Positions 12,988 through 23,726 of a stretch of 33,000 bases of DNA are shown piece by piece. Each line of letters begins with the position of its first letter. The stretch's first letter is position 1. This DNA is from Eutreptiella sp. 'Long Island Sound 2002' (lineage: Eukaryota > Protista > Euglenida): assembly GCA_964036045.1 (NCBI GenBank), contig OZ038378.1, forward strand, positions 20,305,001 to 20,338,000, in the 5' to 3' direction. The position numbers and the translations under genes are program-made. The notes under the pieces are model-generated. The model was given only the letters and a program-made list of their open reading frames with translations. It had not been told where the DNA came from and ran no database searches.

Positions 12988-13539
12988 CTGCACGAAGAGG
13001 CACGTCAATTTACGGTTTATGATCGGCAGGGGTCCCCCAGGTTTTACAGACCGCGGCCCCATCCTCCGCCATGTTGATGTGCAAGGTCGCACGATCGAGG
13101 GATCCGCACATGGCGGGGCCACCGGGCCTCAATCGGTTATACCACACATTGTTCTGGCCCCCAGTCCCGCGCTCCCATCACGCCCCCCCACCCATGCCCC
13201 GGGAGGAGGGGAAGGGTGTGCAAAGGCAAACACGCAGGCGGCGCTCATCCGCTCATGTGACAGTGCGGGGGAAGAGGGCGTCCACAAGCGCATAAAGGGG
13301 AAGCGCATAAGAAGGAGAAGCCGGGAGACGCCCCTGAAACACCCGGAAGGACGTAGTCAAATCAGGGCAGAGAGGTCCAGCGGGCCCTCTGGGGGACTGT
13401 TTTAACAAAGCGGTCCATCACATCAGAGGCACACAGGTGTGGTACGCAGGCGGGGGGCCGGGGGGGGGGGGGTTCTGGGGCATGCTTCTAATTCCACTGC
13501 AGCACCACCTCTGCTCAGCAGAGACTGCAGCGCAACAGA

Positions 13540-14598
13540 ATGATAGAGGGATGGACCGACGATACCGTCGTGGCGCTGTTCGGACCATCAGCATTTCGGC
13601 ACTTTCGTAGGCTCTGTTTCGTCCCACCGGGCCTCCACCCCCTCCTCGCCCCCCACCAGACAGTCTTGTTGAGAAATCGTCGCTTGGCCTCCATGTCCCA
13701 GGCCCCACGAGGCAGGCAGGGGCATCAGGTGGTGAAGACAGGCGCGCACCAATGCGACCACCACACAGTCACGCGTGGGGTCAAGGCAGCGCAAGGACAT
13801 GTACCGTATGCAGCAGGGTCTGCATCCCTTGCCAACATGGCCTGGATCACGTGGGGGTAGGAGCCTGATCCCGCACCTCAAGCGATGCGCAACGGGGGTG
13901 CACAGTTGTGGCGTATGCACATTCAATGTGCAATGCTCATGGCGCCCCGTCCGACTGCAACCGACGGACAGGACCACAGACACGCACATCTGCATCCAAG
14001 GCCATGTACAGACACAGAGACTTTGTCCGGAAGATGCCACGCGCGGTTGCGGAGATTGTGCGGGTTGTCGTTCTCCCGTTTCTTGGGCGGTGTTTTTGCC
14101 GAATTTGTTCGCAGGAATTGTGGACCCCACAGCCCTTCGTTCTGTGGGGCACAAAGGGCATGAAGAACATTCTGACAGCCACTGTCGGTCTGTTTCATGT
14201 TTCAGGCTTCAAAGGTCGTGCCAGATCAGCAGAGGTCGCACTCCATCCCAGCAGCCAAGCACTCTCCATCGGAGAGCAGCATGCATCCTTGCCCCTCTAT
14301 CCCATGGGGCACATCACCTCCCTTGGCCCTGCAAAACACACACCCGGTAATGCAGTCGGCAAAGCGCGCGCTCGGGAAGTTCGTTCACAGTGCTCGGGTC
14401 GAATTTGCGGATCAGATCAAAGAACTGGGGGTCGGCGATCAAATTACGGAACGCCCCAAAACTTGCATTTTGCCGTGGCCGGAGGAGACTGACTACAGCC
14501 TCACCCACGAGTTGGACCTGAGCACGTCATGGGATGAGATCGGTGGCGGGGCGGGCCACGGGGGGACGCCTGATGCACCGCGATCAGGGCGCTCTTGA
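13540..14598 (+). mobile_element. Decayed retroelement C-terminal ORF region, copy A
   Basis: Frameshifted coding-like pieces EGWTDDTVVALFG.., GRCHAR, PVSWAV..LFAGIVDP, HPVMQSAKRALGKFVHSARVEFADQIKELGVGDQITERPKT. Homologous to copies at ~14780-15060 and ~15130-15870. LINE identity is inferred. Confidence 0.45.
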
Positions 14599-14779
14599 AC
14601 AGCGAAAGAAAGGGCTCAGTGTGCGTTAGCCCGGCAGCGGCTGCAAGACCGCCGGCGGTTGGGGGGGGGGGGGGTTGGCATAAGGCCTTGGTGGTTGGCT
14701 TGGGGGGGGGGGGGGGGCTTCCCTTTGCATGCGCACAGCGCAACTCAGGGGAAACGACAGGCAGACGGGAGCGCTGTGT

Positions 14780-15060
14780 TTAGACCAGACGCTGCGTACA
14801 CGAGACCCATAGGCAAGCGGTTCTTGGGCGGTTTCGGGCCCCACCACAGCGACTGGGAAACGCATCAAAAGCACTAGAAGAGGGCCGCAGTCTCCCAAGC
14901 AGAACGCTGTTTTGAGCCGCAGCAGCTCCTCAGAGGCATGACCTGCCTCACTACAACCAGCTCTCAAACATGTCGTGTCGCATTCTTGACCACAAACCTG
15001 CGATCGGAAAAGCAACGGTCAGTTGGATTCGTGCTTCGACAAAGTTGTGCGTGCGCAAGC
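14780..15060 (+). mobile_element. Short, more decayed copy C of the same retroelement region
   Basis: Shares TTCTTGGGCGGT (~14820) and TCGG(C/A)AAAGC..TTCGT..TGCG (~15000-15050) with copy A. Confidence 0.3.
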
Positions 15061-15129
15061 GGGGGGGGGGGGGGGGCGACAGCGGTTGGATGACGACCCA
15101 TGTCATTTGTTAAGAAACTACAGCGGTCT

Positions 15130-15870
15130 TTGACAGCGGTCTTCGCACACAGGCACACGCGCGCACGCCCACGCACACCCAAGGGCAACCACGTCCTTAC
15201 AGACGGCACTGACCGCAATCGCCATACGTCAAGTTCGGGCCCAACGAGAAGATGGGTGGGGAGCTTTACCCACTCTGCTCGACCACTGGCCATTCCATTC
15301 GGAGGATACCGGCACTCCAGATATGAACTTCGTACCCAAGGCTTGTGGTTGGAGTGGGGGCTTAGGATCGCATGCTGAGGCCACTCCACCCGAATCAGCA
15401 TCTGCATCCGCAAGCTCCACATTGCCGAATGCCCTGGGCACCCACCCGATACCATGTCGCAGACGGCAGCCCAGCGGGTACCTGCGCAGCGTTGCGCTGG
15501 CCCGGTCAATGCCCCCATGCATCGAGCACACTCTCCAGCCAGGCACACGGGGTGTGTTTCATATGTGAACTTACGGCGGAATGTGCGGCTTTTTTTTGAG
15601 AGGGATTCGGGCAGTTGGGCTGTGTCGGAAGGTGCCATGCGCGGCCTGAAGATTGTCGAAATGGGGGTATGCTTTGTAAGACAACGTGCTGTGCCCCCGT
15701 TTCTAGGGCGGTGCGTTGGGGTTCAATCATGTTTGCAGCAATCGTGGTCCCACAGGCCCGGGACCCTTTGGTCTGTTGGCACAAAAGAATGCAAATCAGA
15801 TGCAGCTGCTTTGCTGAGGGTGCGTCACGAAATCAAGGCGGGCTCCCAAAACTGTACGGCACTGCACTGC
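15130..15870 (+). mobile_element. Decayed copy B of the same retroelement C-terminal region
   Basis: GRCHAR, PVSRAV..MFAAIVVP and LRVRHEI..PK align with copy A, with synonymous differences (AGA/AGG, CAC/CAT, TTC/TTT, ATT/ATC). Confidence 0.45.
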
Positions 15871-17660
15871 CAACGACCTGTGCACCAGGCGACCCACAGA
15901 CCCTCCCTCTGGCGCCAGTCCAGAAAATATCATTGCACACCTGCCGAGGTACGCGCAAGAGCTGCCGCAGTGTGAGGACATCCGCCCGTGTGAAGTGGTC
16001 CTCGATATCCGACAATGGCATCATCAAGCGCTCCCTGAAGATCCAGGCGCCGATAGGCATTGGCACCAATTGATCCATCTGACTGTGCTACAGAAGGGCC
16101 GCATTGCACACATGCATGAAACATCGTGTGGCGTGCACTTGGTGCTATACCCACCAGCACGCATGCCCCAAACATGCATTGTCCTCGCCTTAAACCCCGG
16201 CCCCCTTGTTCTGGCCTCAGCCTTGGCCTTGGCCTTGGCCTGAGCATTGGCCCTGACACTCGGCCCTCAGAATACCTGAGTTCAGGAAGGTCGTGCAGGA
16301 ATTGCCGCCCACGTTCCATCGTGACACTGCGGACCACCAAAGCCCACTGCCTGCAAACCTGCACACATTGATGTGGAACGCGAAAGGGAACGGTCATGCG
16401 ACTGCCCACAACCCTGTCGGCAAAGTCAAGGCCCTGGCTGTTGCATTTTTGCCGGCAGGCCGTGCAGGTTGGTACCTGTCGTATAGCCAACGTTCCACTC
16501 CCATTGGCACACCCACTCTCATTGTGCCACTCATACCCATACTCATACCCAAGCAGTCTCTCTGTGTCTCACAGAAACTCTCTGTATGACTCACTGTGAC
16601 TCACCCTACCCCAACCTGTCCTGGTCGTCTTGAAATGCCACGCTGTTTCCAACCCCAAAAAGCAGTAGGCCCAGCACCTCATTCCCTGAGGCAGATGGTA
16701 CGTGCTGCTTGGGCAATGGCGTCGAATTATCTGCTTGATAGATCTGGGAAATGGGTTCATCCAAGGGCCACAGGCATTGTGCAGGCAGTACTGCACGTCC
16801 ACCATTACTACCAGCAACATGCATTCACGTCATGTAATTGGCAGCTACTCTCCTTATCATGCCCCCCCCCCCCCCACACACCAACATTGCAACGAGTAAA
16901 CACTGGCGATGAGCAGAGGCTTGCGCATTCAATGTCTCACCAGGCCGATCAAACAGTCAGAACCATGTGACCTCAAGAAGGTCCTCGACGCTCTTGCGAA
17001 GGGTAGGAGCCCTACCGTCCCCCGCCTGCCCCATGGATCGCGGCGCGACGGGCCATAATAAGTGGAGACACCAGCATGGGTCGGGGGCTAGTGGTCACAC
17101 GGGCTCAATGGCCATTGTAACTCTGACAGTGGGGCCACCAGCAGACCAATATCCCTGGACCTGGTGCCTCACCTTGTGAGAACCTCCCTGGATGGAGAGT
17201 TATGTAGCCCCCATCCCTCTGCGTCCGTGTCGCGCCTTGTTGGCATCCAGTGCGACCCTGCACCTCCGTTTCAGCGGTCGCTCTGAGCGAGCTAAGCCTG
17301 CCCACTGCACCGCACACTTGTTGGCCGCCTTTGGTCAACTGGGGCTTGTTGTGACAGGTCCCCCTACCGCGGTCTCTTGGCCACCTGCGTGTGTCCAGGC
17401 GATCTGCAACTGGCCAGCCGGCTTTGCTATGTGGGACACCTCAGAGGGGTCGCCCACAGCTGGCCACCGGGCACACTTGCGAAGCACTGTCTGACCCCCT
17501 GCCCTGCTGCAGTGCACGCTACACACTGTCACGCGGAGTGCCGCTCCAGGAGAAGGGAAGAATGCTCTGGCTGGCACTCTCCTGAGGTGTTGCTCAAGGC
17601 TAGTGTGTCCTGTTTCCCAGGAAATCATTACGTCCAGCCCTGGTGCAGTCGGGGGCTTGG
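15870..17660 (-). mobile_element. Decayed non-LTR (LINE-like) reverse-transcriptase relic
   Basis: RT motifs in correct order across frameshifts: APGLD (17632-17646), RPM (~17060), LPQG/xVLGLLLF (~16660-16695; cf. GVPQGSVLGPLLF), DFAD (16416-16427), and post-RT LRQLLRVPRQVCNDIF..G (~15900-15990). Confidence 0.6.
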
Positions 17661-18740
17661 GCGTATGCTTGGAATTCGGCTTTGGCTCAGAAAACAGGGC
17701 CACTACGGGTAAAAGCCTGCGGCCGAAACTTGGATTTGGCAGCAGATGTCGGTGGGGATTTGAATGGCTCGTGTTTGCTCCAAAACCGCAGCGCAACTGA
17801 ATTGCCGTCCTTTGTGGGCGTTGCTGAGGCCAGAGCCCCCATTGCCTCGACAACTGTACATTCAATGCCCCGCGTCTCAGGAATGAGCTTCAATGGGGGG
17901 AACACGGTCAGGTATGGGCGAGGCCTTTCCTCAGTGGTACGTCCGTACCTCTCGGCGGTGGGTGGGTGGGTGGGTGGGTGGGTGTAGCCCTAGATTTCGA
18001 GGCTTTTGCGGGCTGGGAGCTGCTGCGGCCGCACAGGCCAAATACCCAGCATGCGTCTCACACATCCACGTACGCCGTAACCGTTTCTTGACCTCTGGCC
18101 TGACACTAGGGAGGACCACCGATCCGCCTCCTCCGCTTTCACCGGTCTGCCACCGCTTGGCACTCTCCCTGCGCCTCCGGGTCTGTGTAAAAGTCGAAGT
18201 ATTGTGCTGTCCGCCTAGGTCCTCCTTTTCCTGGGCACTTGTGTGCCTCCTGTGGGCCGTGTTGGTGCTGCTGCTGGGCCTGGTGACCCATTGTTGCCTG
18301 TGCCTTTGGCGATGCACCTCGGCTTGCTGTTGCGCGGCCCTCCTATGTGGCTCGGCCAATAATGGAGACAGTCACACCATTGCTGCATTCGAGAGATATG
18401 GCGCCTCTAAGAAGCCGAAGACAAACGGCAAGGACTCCCAGAAGCAGCACGCGGGTGAACGATCCGACATCTCTTCTTCATCACCTGAAGACATGAGGGC
18501 CCAAAAAGCACCAGTACAGGAGGCCATACCACTGCCATGCCACTACATCAACTGCACCAAATGACTGTTGTGCGAAGAGAATCGGGTGACTTCAGCGTCA
18601 AGATGATGGACGGATTGTGACATGGGACACCAGCAGCTGCTGGCTCAACAACACAGAACACAATGTACAGGGCACTGGACTCATCGTTCGCAGGGCGACA
18701 TCCAATCCATCTGCCCATCTGCATCCCAATCCATCCACAT

Positions 18741-18940
18741 NNNNNNNNNNNNNNNNNNNNNNNNNNNNNNNNNNNNNNNNNNNNNNNNNNNNNNNNNNNN
18801 NNNNNNNNNNNNNNNNNNNNNNNNNNNNNNNNNNNNNNNNNNNNNNNNNNNNNNNNNNNNNNNNNNNNNNNNNNNNNNNNNNNNNNNNNNNNNNNNNNNN
18901 NNNNNNNNNNNNNNNNNNNNNNNNNNNNNNNNNNNNNNNN
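18741..18940. other. Assembly gap (200 N)
   Basis: Run of n; ORFs spanning it are artefacts. Confidence 1.
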
Positions 18941-19849
18941 GGTTTATGAATGGTGTGGTGAGGGTTCCTCAGTTTTCTTGTTGCGGGTTTGTGGGGGGTT
19001 TTCAAACAGTTGAGGGATGTTGAGGGGTGTCAGGTCGCGTGTGGACCGATGAGGCCTGGCCCACCAAGCTGGCGACCAGCTCCATACCCGCTGTTGGGTT
19101 CTAAAGTGGACCTAAACCCCCCACTCACAGCTTGATTCACGGGTTCTGCCACATATACCAGGTTGTCCAACCCAGCGAAACCCAATCAAGCTGAACGTGC
19201 CAATAGATAATGAATTTTGGGTTTGTGATTTGCAAACTCCTTTTTTGATGGAATATCGGTTGTTTTCTTTGCAGAAAAATGTATGATGTAAGGTCTTGAA
19301 ATGGCTGGTACATAGGAGTTATGTTTGGACATTGCCTCCTCAACAAAGATGCATATCCCTTGCCAGCCCTTCACAAATCGCGACCCTCAACAACTCTAGA
19401 ACCCGGAAACCAACCATCACCATCCTACCACCAAATACCACCACCAACCTTCATCCCACATCAAACGTTTGAAAATCCTCACAAACCCTCAACAGCGGCC
19501 TGAAAAAGCCTTATCCCACCCTCCACACTCCTTGGCAACTCGCCCGAGCAACAATCGCAAGTGTTGCCCATTAAGCCTCAATCATCCTCAGAACCCTCTT
19601 CAACCCCGAACAGCTGTACTCGTCTCAACACCCACTGCTGGTCACAGCCCTAAAACACCCTTCAACAGCCCTTCCCTTCCTTTCAACAAAGGTTGTGATC
19701 ACTGGGGGTAGATCTCCGGCAGAATGCCCCTGTTTGACATAACGCAGATAGCACTGCTCCGGGTACCGCACACAGTGGGGGAGGGTGCGCTGCAGATGCC
19801 ACACAAAGGGACCTGCAGAAAGAAGTCTTGTATAGGGCGATCTGTGGCA

Positions 19850-21100
19850 GCGTCCGCGTCTTGCCAGTCACAGAATCCACAGCCTGGCACTTAAGAATCT
19901 GGTCCCCAACCTTTTGAAAAATGCAAAACGATGAACTGGGAAGGGGTTGCAGGGGGCATGGACCTGCAGGGGAAAGGGCTGTACAGGGCAGGTACATGAC
20001 AGCTCGGCCCCCCCCGCGCCCCTCCTGCCCGGGGGGAACGTGGGCTGACCCAACGGCCCCAGAGCCCCGAGGCCACTTGAGGATGAATTTGGTTAGGGCC
20101 ACTGATAATATGGCCTGCCAAGCCCGTGGGGTGGCAGATCCAAAGAGGGCGGCTGTCTCCGCTGGCGATTTCTCAGTCAAGTTGTCAGCGACATGATCAG
20201 TCCTTCCTGCACGCGTTGGTACAACGCTTCCTTCAACCCTTTGCAGCGCCACCTTTGCAACTGATGACTTGGGAGGCGATCGGGTCCCGAGTGGCTGCAA
20301 TGGGTAGCGTCGGGAGCGGTGCATGGCGTGAAGCATCGACCAGGTCCACGCTCATGAGATGGATTAACTCCACTCCCCCCCCCCCCCACCCACCCACACG
20401 TGTTGCTGATGTGTCCCCACCCGGCAGTGCTGCTGATGCCCTGCGACCCTGTCTTCTGACTCAGACACGTTCACCAGGAACACCTCTGACACCCAATGCA
20501 AGCATCCCGCCCTGCCCTGCCGCCCCCTTACCATACCATAATCCCAGCGGCATGAGCAGGACCGGCCTCGAAGATGTTGGTGACATAAACCTCCGAAATT
20601 GACAAGTTGGGGCCAGATCCCACCTGCTCGCGGACTCGCAGCCCAATCGACGGCCGCACATGCGGCTCCTTGATCCCTGGAGAATCGGGGAGATGTTGGG
20701 GGCCACAGCCATGAGAAGGCATGAATATACATGTGGGCCTGGATTGCAGGGAAGGGGATGGAGACTCCTCGCCGGACCCAACCTCTGAGTGTTGGAGAAG
20801 ACAACATGTTTACAGTACGGAGAGCCATCGGGAACGATACGGGGCACCCAAAGCTCCATGCAAAGGTCCATACCGCCTCCAAAATATCCCTTTCGGCCAT
20901 CATAGCCCAGCAATGCACTGAGGCATGCAACTGGTGCACGTTACAGTGCAGAAGTAGAGATTGTGTGATTGGATGCAATCGGTTGGCTATGGAGCGATTT
21001 TTGGTGGTTTTGGTTCCCATTGACCAGGGGTTCAAAGACAAAAACGGCCGGGCCTTAGCTTCCCGCAATCGATTCTTAAATCTCGGCTGACACCGACACG
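19850..21100 (-). mobile_element. Probable decayed LINE post-RT region
   Basis: Coding-like pieces LHPITQSLLLHC..ERDILEAVWTFAWSFG and TEKSPAETAALFG (the ALFG context is shared with copy A), broken by frameshifts. No catalytic motif seen. Confidence 0.3.
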
Positions 21101-21406
21101 GGCTTCCCACATTTGCCCCCTCAGCCAAGCCCCCAAGGTGACCATGGTAAACAAACCGAGGTTTACCTTAAATACAGGCAAAACAGGGCCACCAAAGTGC
21201 TATGCATTAAGTATCATTAATGTGCTAAAAAAAAAACAAATTTCGGTGCCGGGAAACTCTGCAAATCTTTAATCCCACTTTATTTTGAAGGGCCTCATGG
21301 ATCGAGAGAAATTAGGTTGTATCTCCTCCCACTTAGGGGGGGACTTTTTTTTTTTTGGCAGAAAGCACGGTACCCCCCAGTGAAAGCCCACCTTGGGGAG
21401 AAGCGA

Positions 21407-21453
21407 TTAGGGCCCAACAACGTTTTCACTCATGCATCTACTCGTACATTCAG
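21407..21453 (-). CDS. Candidate terminal exon N: AECTSRCMSENVVGP-stop
   Basis: Acceptor ttttgcaaag| in phase 1. The same TAA at 21407 is reached whether or not the 96-nt M-N interval is spliced. Confidence 0.35.
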
Positions 21454-21549
21454 CTTTGCAAAACCGCAGGAGCACAGGCATCAACATGGCCCACGGATCA
21501 CGTACTCCATTGCCCCCAATGGCACCAGCACTCCGCCCCTCACACACAC

Positions 21550-21694
21550 CATGCCACTCCTCGTGACTCTGCCATGGCGGAGCATTCATAATAAAGCTGC
21601 GGTCCACAGATTGGACGTAGACGTTGGAATTCAGGATCTCCTGCCGATATGGGGACTTGTAATCGCTGGAGGTGGGGTTCATTTGGAAATCGTC
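21550..21694 (-). CDS. Host gene exon M: DDFQMNPTSSDYKSPYRQEILNSNVYVQSVDRSFIMNAPPWQSHEEWH
   Basis: Strong acceptor gttttgcatctttcag|, phase 0, C-ending codon bias. Possible donor CATG|GTGTGT. Confidence 0.7.
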
Positions 21695-21722
21695 CTGAAA
21701 GATGCAAAACACATAGAAATAC

Positions 21723-21897
21723 CGTTCGACAGTTTCGGGGACATAAAAAGCCCAAAGCCATCCAGTGTCCATCCTTTTTGTCGGTCCAAAAGCCGCTGCC
21801 GTTATCGATGAAAATTGCGTCTTCAACAATATGACCTGCACTGGACGGTGCATCTTCCGCAATGTTGCGGAACTTCACTTCGGGGTGCCCATAATAA
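21723..21897 (-). CDS. Host gene exon L: YYGHPEVKFRNIAEDAPSSAGHIVEDAIFIDNGSGFWTDKKDG...
   Basis: Acceptor ttttgacgcag| in phase 2, after a 47-nt intron. The only in-phase GT donor found is ACG|GTATTT, so the 3' boundary is uncertain. Confidence 0.6.
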
Positions 21898-21944
21898 CTG
21901 CGTCAAAACTGCCCACGGGCGAATCCTGCCCCCCCCGAACCCAC

Positions 21945-22138
21945 CCCGTGTGCCTCCATTCAGGACGTTTTCCCATTGAGCCCATGGATGGGGAGATGGT
22001 CGACCCATGGAGTTCCAAATGGAAACCGAGACGGGAGGAGCGGGTCCCAGCAACCAAACAGTCGCCCGATGGGTGTCCATCAGGGACGCTGTGTACGCAG
22101 TGGCCGCGGTCGGGCAGGATGGTCGTGGCGCGACCGTC
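21945..22138 (-). CDS. Host gene exon K: DGRATTILPDRGHCVHSVPDGHPSG...GKRPEWRHT(G)
   Basis: Acceptor cggtcgcag|, donor GG|GTGGGT. 194 nt, phase 0 to 2, with C/G-ending codons at the start. An extra internal intron cannot be excluded. Confidence 0.55.
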
Positions 22139-22255
22139 CTGCGACCGTGGGACTCGGCGGGTGCAGGATCAGCATCACAACAAATTACCTGCGCCTCCCT
22201 ACCCCCTTACCCAAGGTCCAGACAGCGGTCTTCCCGGCATGCGTCCCAGACTCAC

Positions 22256-22308
22256 TTTGGGAGTGGGAAGCGGAGCATGGATTTCCTCGACACAGAACGT
22301 TGGGGCCG
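22256..22308 (-). CDS. Host gene exon J: (T)APTFCVEEIHAPLPTPK
   Basis: Acceptor caactcgtaag|, consensus donor AAA|GTGAGT. 53 nt, phase 1 to 0, after a 57-nt intron. Confidence 0.65.
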
Positions 22309-22365
22309 CTTACGAGTTGGGGGACCAAATGGGTGGGCGGGGGACTGTCCATCATGCAGACCCAC

Positions 22366-22465
22366 TCCAATCCCCTCCAATGCCTGCAGTCCGGTCATGC
22401 AAATCATTTCGCCATTTCATCATAGTCGTGAACGGAGAGGATTTCCCCGCAAACCCGTACCCGTC
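22366..22465 (-). CDS. Host gene exon I: DGYGFAGKSSPFTTMMKWRNDLHDRTAGIGGDW
   Basis: Acceptor gatgtttag|, donor TGGA|GTGGGT. 100 nt, phase 0 to 1. Confidence 0.6.
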
Positions 22466-22939
22466 CTAAACATCTCTCTCGACGCCGCAGTGGCATTGGC
22501 GGAGGGGATGCCGTCCTGGATGGGTGTGTAAACAGGAGGGGGGTGGGGTTTGTGGGGGGACACGTAGCCAACACTCAACATCAAATGCTCAAGAATCGGA
22601 GCTCGATGTTCCATGTGGGTTGGTTGACCTCAATAGCATAGGAAGATTCAACAAACAACAACCGAAACCAAAAGAAAATGCAGGCGGGGGAATTGCTAGC
22701 GGCGCGCGGGGTGGGGGAAAGAGGCCAGCTCTGCTAGAATTGGCTTACGTAGACAGCCCTACGGTTGAAGCCGAGGCGCTGGCATTTGAAAAAATATGTG
22801 GTGGCGGTGGTAGATTGCGCATCTTGGGCGGATGCCCGGCGCTGCGGTCGGGGTTGGCGGCTTTGGTTTTCCAGGGAACCAATCATTTTAGATTAGATGT
22901 GACCAGCAATTTGAGAGACAAAGGTCGGGCCGAGCACAC

Positions 22940-23126
22940 CTCATCGTCAATTGGATCAATCGAATGATTCAGGGAGGCGATCTCGCTCCGAACGCTGTCC
23001 ATGGCGCCCCAATTGGCAGCCACAAGGTCACGCATCCGCTGAATCGAGCTGTCGAGTCCCACAGTCTGCTCATGCAGACGGTCCACTTCTTTGTCAAAAA
23101 GCGCGTGCGGCCTGCCATTGTCCATT
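22940..23126 (-). CDS. Host gene exon H, coiled-coil-like: MDNGRPHALFDKEVDRLHEQTVGLDSSIQRMRDLVAANWGAMDSVRSEIASLNHSIDPIDDE
   Basis: Acceptor tttgcattattctgttccag|, donor GAG|GTGTGC. 187 nt, phase 2 to 0, heptad-like hydrophobic spacing. Confidence 0.8.
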
Positions 23127-23655
23127 CTGGAACAGAATAATGCAAACTTCGAGGAACAAAAATACGGTCAAAACAGGTCCAATCCTATCCTAACAATCCT
23201 TCTGGCCCGTTTCGGCCCCATATCAGCGCCCCACCTAACACGAAATGTATGAAAATGATGGCAACCCCTTGAGGCATCTTCATCCGTTCGTCATTTTGAT
23301 GTTCGGGAGGAAATACACGAGGGACTTAAACAACTGACCCCTGGAACAAGGGGGAAGGAAAGTGTCAAAGTCTCCCCATGTGGATTCAATTTTTGGGGCG
23401 TGGCGTCACTGGTGCCCGAACGCAGCGACCTTGTGGCACAGCAAAATACTGCATTTGGTGGCACCCACGAAGTTGCTTCAGGCAGGGTCACGCACAAATT
23501 CCAATTCTAGATTCTTGTTTTTGATCCCCTAACATTGGCCGAAATAGCTTCCAAACACAACGACTGTCCCAAAACCCCAAGAGATGCAACGCCGCACATT
23601 TGGGCTTGGTGCCGACTCCCGACGCCAGTCCGCCACCGTTGGATTAGACTGCATT

Positions 23656-23673
23656 CAAAAGAAAAAAAAGAAA
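23656..23673 (-). terminator. Oligo-T tract downstream of tRNA-Ser, probable Pol III terminator
   Basis: The minus strand reads TTTC-T8-C-TTTT about 55-70 nt 3' of the tRNA. T runs terminating Pol III is established knowledge; function here is inferred. Confidence 0.5.
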
Positions 23674-23726
23674 GCACTGTTGGGACGCCCTGTTCCCTGC
23701 AATCGGCGCAGCTGGCAATAAACAAG

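Noticed and set aside
17893-19023. ORFs near and across the N gap
   Set aside because: They depend on Ns or join unrelated compositions; no recognisable domain.
19270-19340. Box C/D snoRNA (ATGATG)
   Set aside because: No properly placed D box (CTGA) or terminal stem.
21780-21830. FIDNGSGF as an integrase DNG motif
   Set aside because: No other integrase residues in order; the segment fits host exon L.
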